Virus record (IMG/VR): IMGVR_UViG_3300046167_000921
Span: 32,001 to 96,000 of that record
DNA length: 64,000 nt
Origin: a virus
Direction: 5' to 3' (one strand)
Shown here: one piece after another, positions 38,401-46,818 of the stretch
Layout: each line of letters starts with the position of its first letter
How positions within the stretch are numbered: position 1 is the first letter of the stretch
The notes under the pieces: model-generated
Database searches by the model: none
What the model saw: the letters and a program-made list of their open reading frames with translations, nothing else
Told to the model about the DNA's origin: nothing
Translations under genes and position numbers: made by a program

Positions 38401-38660
38401 TGGCAATGAGCCCCACGTACTTCCCTAGAATGGGAGAAGATATAAGGGAAGAAGAGACACTTGCTTACCTTGCTTTGACTAGAGCTCAAGAGAAGGTACA
38501 TATCCTTTGCGGAGACTACCCCTCTTCTTTCGTCAAAAAGGCATGTGTGCTCTCGAAAGAAGAGTTCATGGCTCAATCTAAGGAGTCTAAGCCTACACTC
38601 ACGAAAGAGAGTTCTGTTGACAGTATGATTAAGTGGCTATCTTCTAATGAGAGTGTTTGA
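35487..38660 (+). CDS. UvrD/Rep-like SF1 helicase with long N-terminal extension
   Basis: AGAGVGKT, ILIDEAQD, IGDRNQ, NMRS and YLALTRA; motifs Ia, III, IV and V are partly degenerate. Confidence 0.8.
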   Translation: MTNSETRTQLEVFKFYLALYGFHNKGGSEKTFLAGASTLKRYVELRNGVIRDFLSPLAERGYPAFNTLPNKLSRALKGAVTNPDQVLALGSIFYDVCVFYKSRSNLIREISDRKSRDILSTCVYACYDEQVSLSMLLTAPPSRLKLPNRWIKKASLQLEEVSQVEIHLNELKEVQVISEEIRSLNLKINSDTITDQERAVLISLREKKMKSLQKTSEEISSESPAIAVASSIINSPEEHKTKVGQEQKLTPTQEDIILSKGETSVQAGAGVGKTKVVASKVAYTVKELDVSPENMIVVSTSKDTADNLRQRIVKYGGEESMGRFVGVSTEAVAFSIVKDLGIIADKEIIKDETLEEWVKLAVDLVIQGDGSKDSPNQPLLKGVELDPESSEDPRLTPLLIRVVSTIARKAVKENSKELLSLVAPAISTYSKGKIKLAPRSSEVWLDKDFRSSINQHIKSSGGKEDLSQSSPYEGFQRFASESAKPKPIKVSNQWFNLGMDPLHNTHEANLSQFTIFIKENKKKMVSASSLWEKRKKSAPLDLTSLKDMVDYDMKVAVYGAYEYAKEKQGAIDQEDFSILACRALVDRPALLKEMNSKYTHILIDEAQDLSGADKMMFRLISGSVDTKTLEPKQMTSSNFFTIGDRNQRTKNASRNASKNKVLSTNMRSRSNIIEAANKIISAEESACRPNPMKEGGEISYSIHKDLRSPGADFLAKEVKEQVEVEGWGHEGGENHKFGIAVRSSKEMVAYAVELMLENVPYYANRDFLDETPIKAVLSAIGLRSPNPTHVQESILNLHKYLQLDLGGDFNNKLTREAGGESLLSWLLVQELDEGALSDKETEYVSMIKSVLDFEGDTLSLLNFVTKSLKASEGKTLMELRVSFLTPAELFMLKEEIGGGTVSAYNKAEFSQSGFDVIYRVFEYCDFDLEKSFRKIESLQKVSKMYSKDKNKDRVLIRLCKDWKGRECRDLYVAMSPTYFPRMGEDIREEETLAYLALTRAQEKVHILCGDYPSSFVKKACVLSKEEFMAQSKESKPTLTKESSVDSMIKWLSSNESV

Positions 38661-39780
38661 GAAGGTCTGAGTCGCAAAGAGGGCAAGTTCCCGTGAGGTT
38701 AGACTTTAAGTCTTCAACCTCTTTTGTGATCTCAAAGATTCCTTCAACCATAGCCTCTACTTCAGAGTTTAGTGCTCTCCTCTCTTCTGCTTCTGAGAGG
38801 AGCGTGTCTTCAGGGACAGAGAGAGAGGGTATCTCAACCTGCTCAAGGGGTTCTAGCAAAGAGACAGAGGCTCTCAGCCCCCTCATGTGGTCGAGAACTT
38901 TTTGATATTTCTCGTGATCTTCGTTAGGCAGGTCGCTCGGGATTTCAGGGTAGCTCTCTAAACCTACGCCAATAACCATGATCTTGACAGACACGTCACT
39001 CCTCTTCTTCAACTGACCAATCAAGAAATCGAGTCTTTGAAAGCCGTCGAGGTTTAGCTCAGGGATATACACTTGAGAGCATTTAGATAATTCTTGTATC
39101 TCAGAGAGCCATTGGCTTCTATACCGCTCCACTTTCTCTAAAGACTCTATCTCAGCCTGTCTGTCTTGGATATCAGATTCTATCTGACCTATCTCAAGGA
39201 TAAGATCTGAAGCCTCCCCTAACCCATCAAACCCTTTCACCACACCCCTCTCAAATTCAAGATCTTCCCTCTTGAATTTTATCTTTGACTTTAGGGATTT
39301 AATATCAGAGCGAGCTAAGCCAGAAGCTTTTTCTAGGGTCTGGATCTTGTCCACATCCGAAAGAGCGGAAGAGAGAACATTTGGAGGGAGGTCTAAAAGG
39401 AATACTTGCTCGAATTGCTTCGAGACTTGTGGCCAGACCTCTTTTCCCGACACGTCTACGCCCACTACTCCAAGTTCCTTGACCTCATCTGGCACAGATG
39501 ATCCCACCTTGTCTATGAGCGTCCCGTTGACAGAGTAAGAATTGATGCCTTTGCCCTTCTTCCACTCTACGACACCATTATCATCAAAGGTGACTTTTAC
39601 GGTAGAATGCTTCTCCCCGACCCTTACATGAGAATGCCCTCTGGCATTGGAGAACACACCACATAAGGCTCTTGCACAGGCGGATTTTCCTGTGTTGTTC
39701 TGACCCGTGATGACGGTGAGTCCTTTAACCTCGAACTCAACATCTTTTAGAGATTGGTAATTTTGTATGTGGACTTTCAT
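38644..39780 (-). CDS. SbcC/Rad50-like ATPase, N-terminal half ending at the zinc hook
   Basis: IQNYQSL, ITGQNNTGKS (Walker A), coiled coil, terminal CPLC; no signature or Walker B motif. Confidence 0.78.
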   Translation of the reverse strand: MKVHIQNYQSLKDVEFEVKGLTVITGQNNTGKSACARALCGVFSNARGHSHVRVGEKHSTVKVTFDDNGVVEWKKGKGINSYSVNGTLIDKVGSSVPDEVKELGVVGVDVSGKEVWPQVSKQFEQVFLLDLPPNVLSSALSDVDKIQTLEKASGLARSDIKSLKSKIKFKREDLEFERGVVKGFDGLGEASDLILEIGQIESDIQDRQAEIESLEKVERYRSQWLSEIQELSKCSQVYIPELNLDGFQRLDFLIGQLKKRSDVSVKIMVIGVGLESYPEIPSDLPNEDHEKYQKVLDHMRGLRASVSLLEPLEQVEIPSLSVPEDTLLSEAEERRALNSEVEAMVEGIFEITKEVEDLKSNLTGTCPLCDSDLLKHSH

Positions 39781-39801
39781 AGAAACTCCTCCTTTGTCTT
39801 A

Positions 39802-39808
39802 TTATACC
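39802..39808 (-). promoter_or_regulatory. Putative sigma70-like -10 element (GGTATAAT) before sbcC-like gene
   Basis: GGTATAA also occurs before other DNA-metabolism genes (45920-45926 -, 45963-45969 +, 58642-58648 -); no clear -35. Confidence 0.35.
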
Positions 39809-39833
39809 TAGAAGGAGGAGACCTCCATACAGG

Positions 39834-41018
39834 TTAGCTATCTCCGAGAATGCCACCAAAGTCATCAAGATCGCCTGCGTCGGATTCAACTTCGGCAAGT
39901 CCTCCAGATCCACCATCACGTTTGTCTGAGAGATAGGGCTTTACTTGATTGAACATCGTCGCGAGCCAGCCTTCGGGAAGGAGGTTTCGGAAACCCTCTA
40001 GACCTTGACCTTTGTACTCTTGAGCGTTTGAGGGGTCAGACCAAGAGTACCAAGCACCCGCTTTCTTAACGACGCTTGCCTTCATAGCCAATTCAAGTAT
40101 CGTTCTCTCGTTGTCTACACCGACACCTGATGTGAGATAGTAGTCTTGCTGGTGATGCACTGAGTCTGATACCTTGCACTTGTCGAGACTAGCCCTTGCA
40201 ATATTACCTTTCACAGTCTCAACGACCTTCTGTTGCATTCCATCCCAATCCTTGCCCTTGTCTTTGCCTATAACTCGGAGCATCATGCGAAGACATGAGT
40301 AGTACTTCCAAGCATTACCGCCTTGAGCGTCACGGGTAGGCCCTGACCCGAAACCACCCATACCGCCCATCTTCTCACGAAGCTGTGATATGCCGATCAC
40401 AGCGGTCTTGCTGTCTGAAATCTTCTGCTTGAAGATCGGGAGGAACTGACTCCATTTTTGAGCGAGAAGGCCGACCTGCTGTTGCCCGCCAGGATCAGCA
40501 AAGAACTTCAGAGGAACGCCCGCACCGACGCTATCAACCACGATGAGGTCAACACCAGCAGAAGCAAACTTGACCATGAGCTTCATGCCTTGCTCAAGAG
40601 TCTCAGGCTGAAGCAACATGAACCGACTCTTATCTGTGACAGGTACGCCCAATGCTTGAGCGTAACGTGGTTCAACTTCGTTCTCAAAGTCGATGTACAC
40701 GCAAGTTCCCTCTTCACAAGCAGTCGCGGCTGTTTGTAGAGCTATGGTTGTCTTACCCGACCCTGCAAGGCCATAGATGTTTGTAATCTTCCCTCTGGGG
40801 ATACCTGGACAAGGTCTCACACCTTTGGTGTTTTCTTTGCCTCCGATAAGGTAGTCGATTGCAAGGCTACCTGTTGAGATGTGAGGGATTGATTTTGTGA
40901 GACTCTCAGTGTCAAGCTCTACTAGAGCCGAACCTTTTTGATCTTTCTCGGCTTCTCCGAGTATTGCAGTTAGGTCAGGTGTCTTTTTCTTGGTTTCCGC
41001 TACCTTCTTCTTAGGCAT
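39834..41018 (-). CDS. recA: RecA/UvsX-like recombinase
   Basis: ISTGSLAID, IYGLAGSGKTT, YIDFE, IVVDSVGA, ISQLREK and GGNAWKYY. Confidence 0.93.
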   Translation of the reverse strand: MPKKKVAETKKKTPDLTAILGEAEKDQKGSALVELDTESLTKSIPHISTGSLAIDYLIGGKENTKGVRPCPGIPRGKITNIYGLAGSGKTTIALQTAATACEEGTCVYIDFENEVEPRYAQALGVPVTDKSRFMLLQPETLEQGMKLMVKFASAGVDLIVVDSVGAGVPLKFFADPGGQQQVGLLAQKWSQFLPIFKQKISDSKTAVIGISQLREKMGGMGGFGSGPTRDAQGGNAWKYYSCLRMMLRVIGKDKGKDWDGMQQKVVETVKGNIARASLDKCKVSDSVHHQQDYYLTSGVGVDNERTILELAMKASVVKKAGAWYSWSDPSNAQEYKGQGLEGFRNLLPEGWLATMFNQVKPYLSDKRDGGSGGLAEVESDAGDLDDFGGILGDS

Positions 41019-41127
41019 CTTTCTTCTCCTTAAGTTATGTGATATACACCGTTATATGATCTAGCCCATAAACCAACTTGTTTTTTCGGTAGGCTAGAGA
41101 ACTCTGTTGAAATAGAGAAGGATTACA

Positions 41128-41334
41128 ATGAGTTGTGAAATAGATGATATTATAAGAGAGATCTTAAACTCTACCCCAGACAGGTATTCGGGATTTCAGT
41201 CCTCAACGCCTCAAACAAAAAAGGTCAATGAAGTAAATATCATTGACCTTAAAGGGAAGCGTTTTAAGTTCCCTGGTAAGTTTGAGATGACAGAATCCAA
41301 CGGATCTGTCTCCTTCAAGGCGATCAAGGATTAG
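41128..41334 (+). CDS. Hypothetical protein
   Basis: 68-aa ORF with SD AGAAGG. Confidence 0.45.
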   Translation: MSCEIDDIIREILNSTPDRYSGFQSSTPQTKKVNEVNIIDLKGKRFKFPGKFEMTESNGSVSFKAIKD

Positions 41335-41816
41335 CGGTTGTCTCCGCTACCTCCAATAACACCACGCTCTTTTCTACCTAAGAGCTTCTCCATGTTGTCT
41401 TCCGCGATCTGAGAGAGACTAAGATCCAGCTCTGCGGCTAAGCGAGCACAGTACCAGAGAACGTCACCGATCTCTGAAGCCATAGCTTGCTTCCACTCTG
41501 CGTCTGTCATCTTACTGTCGCCGTCTCGAATCCACTTCTTCATCTTGCCCGCGACCTCTCCTGCCTCAGAAGCGATACCTAATGAAAGATACTCTAAGGC
41601 TTTATTAGGAGGGTACTTCGCCGTTTCAAGAGTAGCCTCTTGGTAATCGTTGAAGGTCTCATCTGAAAAAGCCTGTGCGTCTTCAGATTCGATCCAATTT
41701 AAGATCGTAAGTTCTTGATCTTCTTCAGACATATCTGAAGTACAGACCAGCCTGTAGATATCATCACGGGTGACTGTGTAAGGTTGGCTGTCGTCTCCTC
41801 TGAGTAGATACTTCAT
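41331..41816 (-). CDS. MazG-like NTP pyrophosphohydrolase
   Basis: LGIASEAGEVAGKMKK...EIGDVLWY...NMEKL...GSGDNR. Confidence 0.88.
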   Translation of the reverse strand: MKYLLRGDDSQPYTVTRDDIYRLVCTSDMSEEDQELTILNWIESEDAQAFSDETFNDYQEATLETAKYPPNKALEYLSLGIASEAGEVAGKMKKWIRDGDSKMTDAEWKQAMASEIGDVLWYCARLAAELDLSLSQIAEDNMEKLLGRKERGVIGGSGDNR

Positions 41817-42451
41817 CAGGGAACCCCCACGTTAGAGTCACTTGAGCCTTTATCTTTCTCTTCCTTCTTGTTTGAAGGGTACTCGACATCAGTTCTCCAA
41901 TTGCCATGTCTGCTCTCTTCTTCGGAGAAGTAGAAGACATCAGGAGTCTGCATGAAGTACTTCATCTCGCCTGTCTTCTCATCTTCTTTGCCCCCAATGA
42001 AGCAAAGAAGGTGGTCGATGAGTGCGGTACGCTGAGCTTCGTTGAGCTTGACCCAGCAATCATTACCGATGGTGAGTACGAACTGATACTCTCGCTCACC
42101 AAGCACTGAGAGAATTGCAGGTGCTTTTGCGGTTGTACCCAAGATAGGGCGATCACCCTTCCTGTTTGCCTTGTCTTTGAAGACGACAACGATGTCATCT
42201 ACGATATCGACGAGGTGAGGGTGGTGATTGGCTGTGAGATCGCGAATGATCTCGTGAGTTGAAGACGATGCTTTCCATCTTTGGCTCATAGTTCCTCCAT
42301 GTTTTAATGTGTTGTAAAGTGTGTCTCTTATAGAGTCTATTTTTTGCAAGACTACTTTTTGTGAATTGCACTCTTGACCGAGGAAGTGAGGGTAGTCAAG
42401 AACCCTTCTAAAATAAGGAAAACTCTCAACATAAGGCTTGGCTTGACACAC
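41816..42451 (-). CDS. Phage metallopeptidase-like protein with degenerate metal motif (likely start 42289)
   Basis: HPHL...YQFVLTI..D.W..L...QR.ALIDHLLCFI, in place of the expected DHEL.HI; SD GGAGG before MSQRW. Confidence 0.5.
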   Translation of the reverse strand: MCQAKPYVESFPYFRRVLDYPHFLGQECNSQKVVLQKIDSIRDTLYNTLKHGGTMSQRWKASSSTHEIIRDLTANHHPHLVDIVDDIVVVFKDKANRKGDRPILGTTAKAPAILSVLGEREYQFVLTIGNDCWVKLNEAQRTALIDHLLCFIGGKEDEKTGEMKYFMQTPDVFYFSEEESRHGNWRTDVEYPSNKKEEKDKGSSDSNVGVP

Positions 42452-42591
42452 ATATAAAACCTTATAAAAAGCTCCATCTGGTCAGGATTGAGCTTGGTTT
42501 CTTCATTAAATATGAAGGATGTGTCCCCATCTTCGTGCAGGATGATTACCACGTCATTCAGTGAAAAGCTATGTTTATTTTCGTCCATCAT
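42352..42591 (-). CDS. Hypothetical protein
   Basis: 79-aa ORF in a packed operon. Confidence 0.45.
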   Translation of the reverse strand: MMDENKHSFSLNDVVIILHEDGDTSFIFNEETKLNPDQMELFIRFYMCVKPSLMLRVFLILEGFLTTLTSSVKSAIHKK

Positions 42592-42917
42592 TCACCTAAT
42601 CTGTAACTTTCCCTTATGGCATGAAGGACTCTATTCCCTGTCTCATGAAAAGGTCGATCCCCAGAGGATTTCACACACCATTGTACTTTGCCGTATATGA
42701 CGAAATGATACCACCCAGAACCCTCTTCTAAAGTAAGGAGTACCTTCATCTTTGGGTCTTCTTCATGTATGAACTCAAGCATCTTCTCAAAAGGAGATAG
42801 ATATATGAGAGAGTACCCGACCTCTGTGAGAAGATGGGTCAAGTATGCCTCATAAGAGAGATTGCCCTCATATGAGTTACACACCCTCTGGCCATTTTCA
42901 ATTCTAGACAAAGACAC
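42588..42917 (-). CDS. Hypothetical protein
   Basis: 109-aa ORF. Confidence 0.45.
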   Translation of the reverse strand: MSLSRIENGQRVCNSYEGNLSYEAYLTHLLTEVGYSLIYLSPFEKMLEFIHEEDPKMKVLLTLEEGSGWYHFVIYGKVQWCVKSSGDRPFHETGNRVLHAIRESYRLGE

Positions 42918-42963
42918 TACATTACTAAGCCTCCCTACCTATAATCCAAGTTCCATTTAAGAA

Positions 42964-43224
42964 CTATTCTTCGACTAAGTAGCCTCTCCTTTTAGCTAAC
43001 AATGCTACATGGGCAAGAGCTACGGGGTCGTGAGAGCTGACGACAATCTTGTTGTCGTTTACTAACTGAGAAGAACAGCCTGCAATAGAAGAGACAGACC
43101 TCACATACATCTCAGGGAAAGGAGATTCGTTGGCGTGGATCGTGATGTCATATTGATGTTTCATCACCTCTAGTATCCATTTGTCTACGATGTTCTTGGG
43201 TAGGATTGCCTTGTTTCCCGTCAT
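42964..43224 (-). CDS. Hypothetical protein
   Basis: 86-aa ORF overlapping the upstream stop. Confidence 0.5.
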   Translation of the reverse strand: MTGNKAILPKNIVDKWILEVMKHQYDITIHANESPFPEMYVRSVSSIAGCSSQLVNDNKIVVSSHDPVALAHVALLAKRRGYLVEE

Positions 43225-43796
43225 AGTATAACTCTTTTTCTCGGTTCCTTATCTGAGTCGCACCTTAACAAAGTTAAGTTGTCCCCTACGGTCTTCATAG
43301 ATAAGTAAATGTCTTCAAGGCTAGGAGCTTGAGATAAGGACTCCATGCACTTCAAGAACCGATACCTGACCTTCCCTTGAGTATCTCCTAGCATTCTAGC
43401 CACATGGCTTTGACTAGAGTGCAGGTACAGATAGACCAACACGTCTATGTCTTTCTTCTCTGTAAAGAACCCAGACAGTCGGGATCTGAGTTCCTCCTCA
43501 GTATATAAAGATATTTTCAAGTAGACTTTAAGTCTGTCTATACCCCGATTAATTCTGTAGTGTATGTTAGGCTGGGTGTACCCGAAGATCTTGCCTAATA
43601 GTGCCTGACTCACCCCTTTTAAGAGATGAAGCTCTACCATATCGGCCTCAATAGGAGATATGTGGCTCATGTGGTCTAATATCTCCTGAACCTGTAATGC
43701 CTTATGGGGGGCTACAAAGCTTGCAGAAGGCAGACTGTCAAGACCTTGTCCATTAGAGAAGATCTCTTCCATTAGCTTCGCGTCCATATCACACAC
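43221..43796 (-). CDS. Sigma70 region-4-like double HTH protein
   Basis: ISPIEADMVELHLLKGVSQALLGKIFGYTQPNIHYRINRG and a second HTH SSQSHVARMLGDTQGKVRYR. Confidence 0.65.
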   Translation of the reverse strand: MCDMDAKLMEEIFSNGQGLDSLPSASFVAPHKALQVQEILDHMSHISPIEADMVELHLLKGVSQALLGKIFGYTQPNIHYRINRGIDRLKVYLKISLYTEEELRSRLSGFFTEKKDIDVLVYLYLHSSQSHVARMLGDTQGKVRYRFLKCMESLSQAPSLEDIYLSMKTVGDNLTLLRCDSDKEPRKRVIL

Positions 43797-44304
43797 TCTC
43801 TACAGACAGACAGTCTGCACTTATTATTATTTCAACACTCCTCATGTCTATAAGGAGTGAGTACATCCTGAGACTGTCTTTCTCAAAGAGATCAAGGACG
43901 GTGGCTTCAAAACCCTTGAATTCGCCGTCCTTGATCGCAACCTTGTCTCCAAAATCAAACCTAGCACCTAGTTCATCAGCTCTTTTCAGCATCGAGTTGA
44001 GGTCTCTGGTACTGATAACTCCTTTTGAGATCAAACCCGTTGACTCATCTATCTGACTAACCACATTCCGAATTAGGTACGTTCTTCTAAGATCGAAGTA
44101 GTCAGAAGCACCGTACCCTGACTTGATGAAGATATAACCCTCCATCACCCAGACGGGTTTTCCTCCGTGCTTGACTATCGGTATGAAGATGTCCCCTTCT
44201 TTAAAAGGAGACACTTCAAGCAAAGACCTTTTTAAAGTGCCTTGCTCTACTGCCTCTTCACCCTTGCTGGTTATTTCTAAGATAACCCAAGACTCTGATC
44301 TCAT
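43789..44304 (-). CDS. NusG/RfaH-like transcription elongation factor
   Basis: NGN-like WVILE...IFIP...MEGYIFI and KOW GDKVAIKDGEFKGFEATV. Confidence 0.82.
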   Translation of the reverse strand: MRSESWVILEITSKGEEAVEQGTLKRSLLEVSPFKEGDIFIPIVKHGGKPVWVMEGYIFIKSGYGASDYFDLRRTYLIRNVVSQIDESTGLISKGVISTRDLNSMLKRADELGARFDFGDKVAIKDGEFKGFEATVLDLFEKDSLRMYSLLIDMRSVEIIISADCLSVESV

Positions 44305-44331
44305 ATAAGACTCACTAAGAAGTTAGATTTG

Positions 44332-45504
44332 TTAAATATCTAACTTACTTTTTACCATTGTCGCGAACTTAGACAATGAAAGAGTTCTCATTTCTTCTCG
44401 GATTTGACCTTGTGGCTCTGTGAAGGCGGGTAAAGGAGCATTATTTTTGGGTATGCCCCCCTTCTTCCATTTCAGAACACTCACTTTTAACATTGCACTT
44501 GTGGGTCTGTATGGGGCAGAGGCAAGATCATCTGCAAGGGCAAGGAGTCCATCCTGATGCAGATCCCATGCTTTCGTGAGTATGTCCTTCTTCCAAAAAG
44601 GGGGAGGTTTGCCCGAACCATACCCTATAGAGATTGACCATGTGGCTGCGGTCAGCAACCTATCATAGACAACACCAACGGGCGTGGACATCAACAAGTC
44701 TTCAAGAATGATTAGGGACTGACTCACGTCGCTAATGAGAAGCTTGCAGATTTGATCGTTACGGTCTACATGCAGATACTCACGCACTCCTTGCACTGAC
44801 ACTTTACCCTCTTTAGAGGCAACGCCTTCAATCGCCTTCAGTGCATCGCGAATGTGTCCTTCGGTAAAGTCTGCAATGAGTACAAGAGCTTCCCTCTCGC
44901 TCTCAAACCCCTCTTCAGTACACACCATTTCGAGACGGTCTGCTATCTCTTCAGAGTTAACATGCTTGATGATGAATGCAGGAGCACATCGAGACAGGAC
45001 AGTTTGTCTCATCTTTTCAGGTTCTGTTGTTGCGAATATGCAGACAAGCCTCTTATCGAAAGATCCCTTGTCATTCTCCTCCATTGGCTTGAGGAGAGCG
45101 TCAAGAGCATCCTTCGATAGCTGGTGAGCCTCATCGAACAGGTACAGTTTTTTCGACCCTGAAAAAGAGGTGTAGTTCAGGTTCTCAAGTAGCTTCTTCA
45201 CGTCAGCTTTACCTGAGTTCGTAGCCGCGTCCACTTCAATGAAGGAATCGTGACTGCCGTCTAGCATTGCTTTACAAGAGTTGCATTGGTCGCAAGGGTC
45301 TCCCTTTACAGGATTCTCACATAATAAGGCTCTTGCCATAATGCGACCGAGTGTTGTTTTCCCTGACCCGTAAGGGCCAGCGAACAAATAGGACTGCCTC
45401 CACCCAGCTTCACTTGAAATGAACCCTTTGAGGGTCTTTATCGTGTCTTTTTGACCGAGAACGTCTTCATATGTTCTCGGTCGGTATTTCGTATCTAATG
45501 ACAT
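44332..45504 (-). CDS. dnaX: DNA polymerase III gamma/tau-like clamp loader
   Basis: KYRPRTYEDVLGQ, GPYGSGKTT, PCDQCNSC, IEVDAA, DEAHQLS, VLSRC and GHIRDA. Confidence 0.92.
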   Translation of the reverse strand: MSLDTKYRPRTYEDVLGQKDTIKTLKGFISSEAGWRQSYLFAGPYGSGKTTLGRIMARALLCENPVKGDPCDQCNSCKAMLDGSHDSFIEVDAATNSGKADVKKLLENLNYTSFSGSKKLYLFDEAHQLSKDALDALLKPMEENDKGSFDKRLVCIFATTEPEKMRQTVLSRCAPAFIIKHVNSEEIADRLEMVCTEEGFESEREALVLIADFTEGHIRDALKAIEGVASKEGKVSVQGVREYLHVDRNDQICKLLISDVSQSLIILEDLLMSTPVGVVYDRLLTAATWSISIGYGSGKPPPFWKKDILTKAWDLHQDGLLALADDLASAPYRPTSAMLKVSVLKWKKGGIPKNNAPLPAFTEPQGQIREEMRTLSLSKFATMVKSKLDI

Positions 45505-45540
45505 ACATATCTCCTTTCATTCTTTTATAGAATCGGAGAT

Positions 45541-45879
45541 TTAACGCCTCCTCTTTCTTTTAGGATTGCGAGCTTCGTAGTCTACCCTAGCCTTTTGCTT
45601 CCTGCACTTGTCGGAGCAGTATTTTTTTCTATCAGACGCTACCTTGTTAGAACAGCCATAATTCTCGCAAGAGCGGGTTGACTCAATTATTACAACTTCA
45701 TGTCTGACTTCTTCTCTTCTCCCTGGACAATTGTGATACCAGCATTGGGTTTTCTCTTCTTTGAAGCCATACGAATTGAGTTGAGTACGACATCTCCACC
45801 TCCGCACCTCCAACCCATCTTCGTACCATAACACATTGCACTTACTTTTCCTGAGAGGCGTTACTTCTATCTCATCCAT
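45541..45879 (-). CDS. Cys-rich zinc-finger protein
   Basis: CWYHNC, CENYGC and KYCSDKCR. Confidence 0.55.
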   Translation of the reverse strand: MDEIEVTPLRKSKCNVLWYEDGLEVRRWRCRTQLNSYGFKEEKTQCWYHNCPGRREEVRHEVVIIESTRSCENYGCSNKVASDRKKYCSDKCRKQKARVDYEARNPKRKRRR

Positions 45880-46002
45880 TTAAAAAAACCTTATCCACCT
45901 AGTTGTTTCTGTAGAGGTGTTATACCAGCCTCAAAAAAATGTCTTTCAAATATGTCATTGGGGGTATAAGTAACCACAATCAAGAAAGGGAGCATACTAA
46001 AG

Positions 46003-46737
46003 ATGAGTACGGATTTTCAAGACCGAAGAGTAGACATTTACAACGACGGTGTTGGCGGGGTCGCCCTGATTCAACACATGGGAGATGACCTCACAGTCGT
46101 TAACGCGGCTAGAGCCTCTCTAGACAAAGTGAGCACCGAGTGGTCTGAAAGAGAGGCAAGGCTCTCCAGCTTTCTTGTGAGAGAGGGTCACACATCAACA
46201 GTCGAACACAACGTCATCACTTTTTGGATCAAAGTGCCGATGTTCGTCGCAAGGCAACAGATGAGACACAGGACATTCTCCTACAATGAGATCTCAAGAA
46301 GGTACACCTCAGAGAACCTTGAGTTCTACTTTCCAAAAGAGATGAGGATGCAGGATACTAAGAACCGTCAGACGAGTCTTGATGAGACGTTCAATCCCGT
46401 GATTGAGTTCGAGCCTTCCCTCAAAGTGGATTCCTCTTCTGCAATCAAGAACCACACCGCTGACGCCGTGATACTCTATAATAAGATGATTGATCAAGGT
46501 GTAGCCCGAGAGCAAGCGAGGATGGTCTTACCTCAGAACATATACACAACTTATTGGGCTACGGGATCTCTTCACAATTGGGTGAACAGCTTCATTGCGA
46601 AGAGAGACCATGAAGATGCACAATGGGAGATCAAGCTCTTGGCCAGAGAGATCAGTAGGCAGATACAATCAATATGGCCTAAATCACATGAGAACTTTGT
46701 TAAGCATGGGAAGATCCCCGCAGTACAAGAGGGTTGA
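46003..46737 (+). CDS. thyX: FAD-dependent thymidylate synthase
   Basis: GHTSTVEH, RQQMRHRTFSYNEISRRY, REQARMVLPQ and HAQWEI-like DAQWEI. Confidence 0.95.
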   Translation: MSTDFQDRRVDIYNDGVGGVALIQHMGDDLTVVNAARASLDKVSTEWSEREARLSSFLVREGHTSTVEHNVITFWIKVPMFVARQQMRHRTFSYNEISRRYTSENLEFYFPKEMRMQDTKNRQTSLDETFNPVIEFEPSLKVDSSSAIKNHTADAVILYNKMIDQGVAREQARMVLPQNIYTTYWATGSLHNWVNSFIAKRDHEDAQWEIKLLAREISRQIQSIWPKSHENFVKHGKIPAVQEG

Positions 46738-46818
46738 ATTCCCCCCTTTTATACCTCCCCCTCTTCCTGTATCATATAAACAAATAATGCAAACACAGAA
46801 AGAGGAGAAGCCACCAAG

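Noticed and set aside
35487-38660. Intein in the UvrD insert (also checked the sheath, SNF2, DnaX and NrdB)
   Set aside because: No C/S...HN-C/S/T splice junctions or LAGLIDADG blocks were seen.
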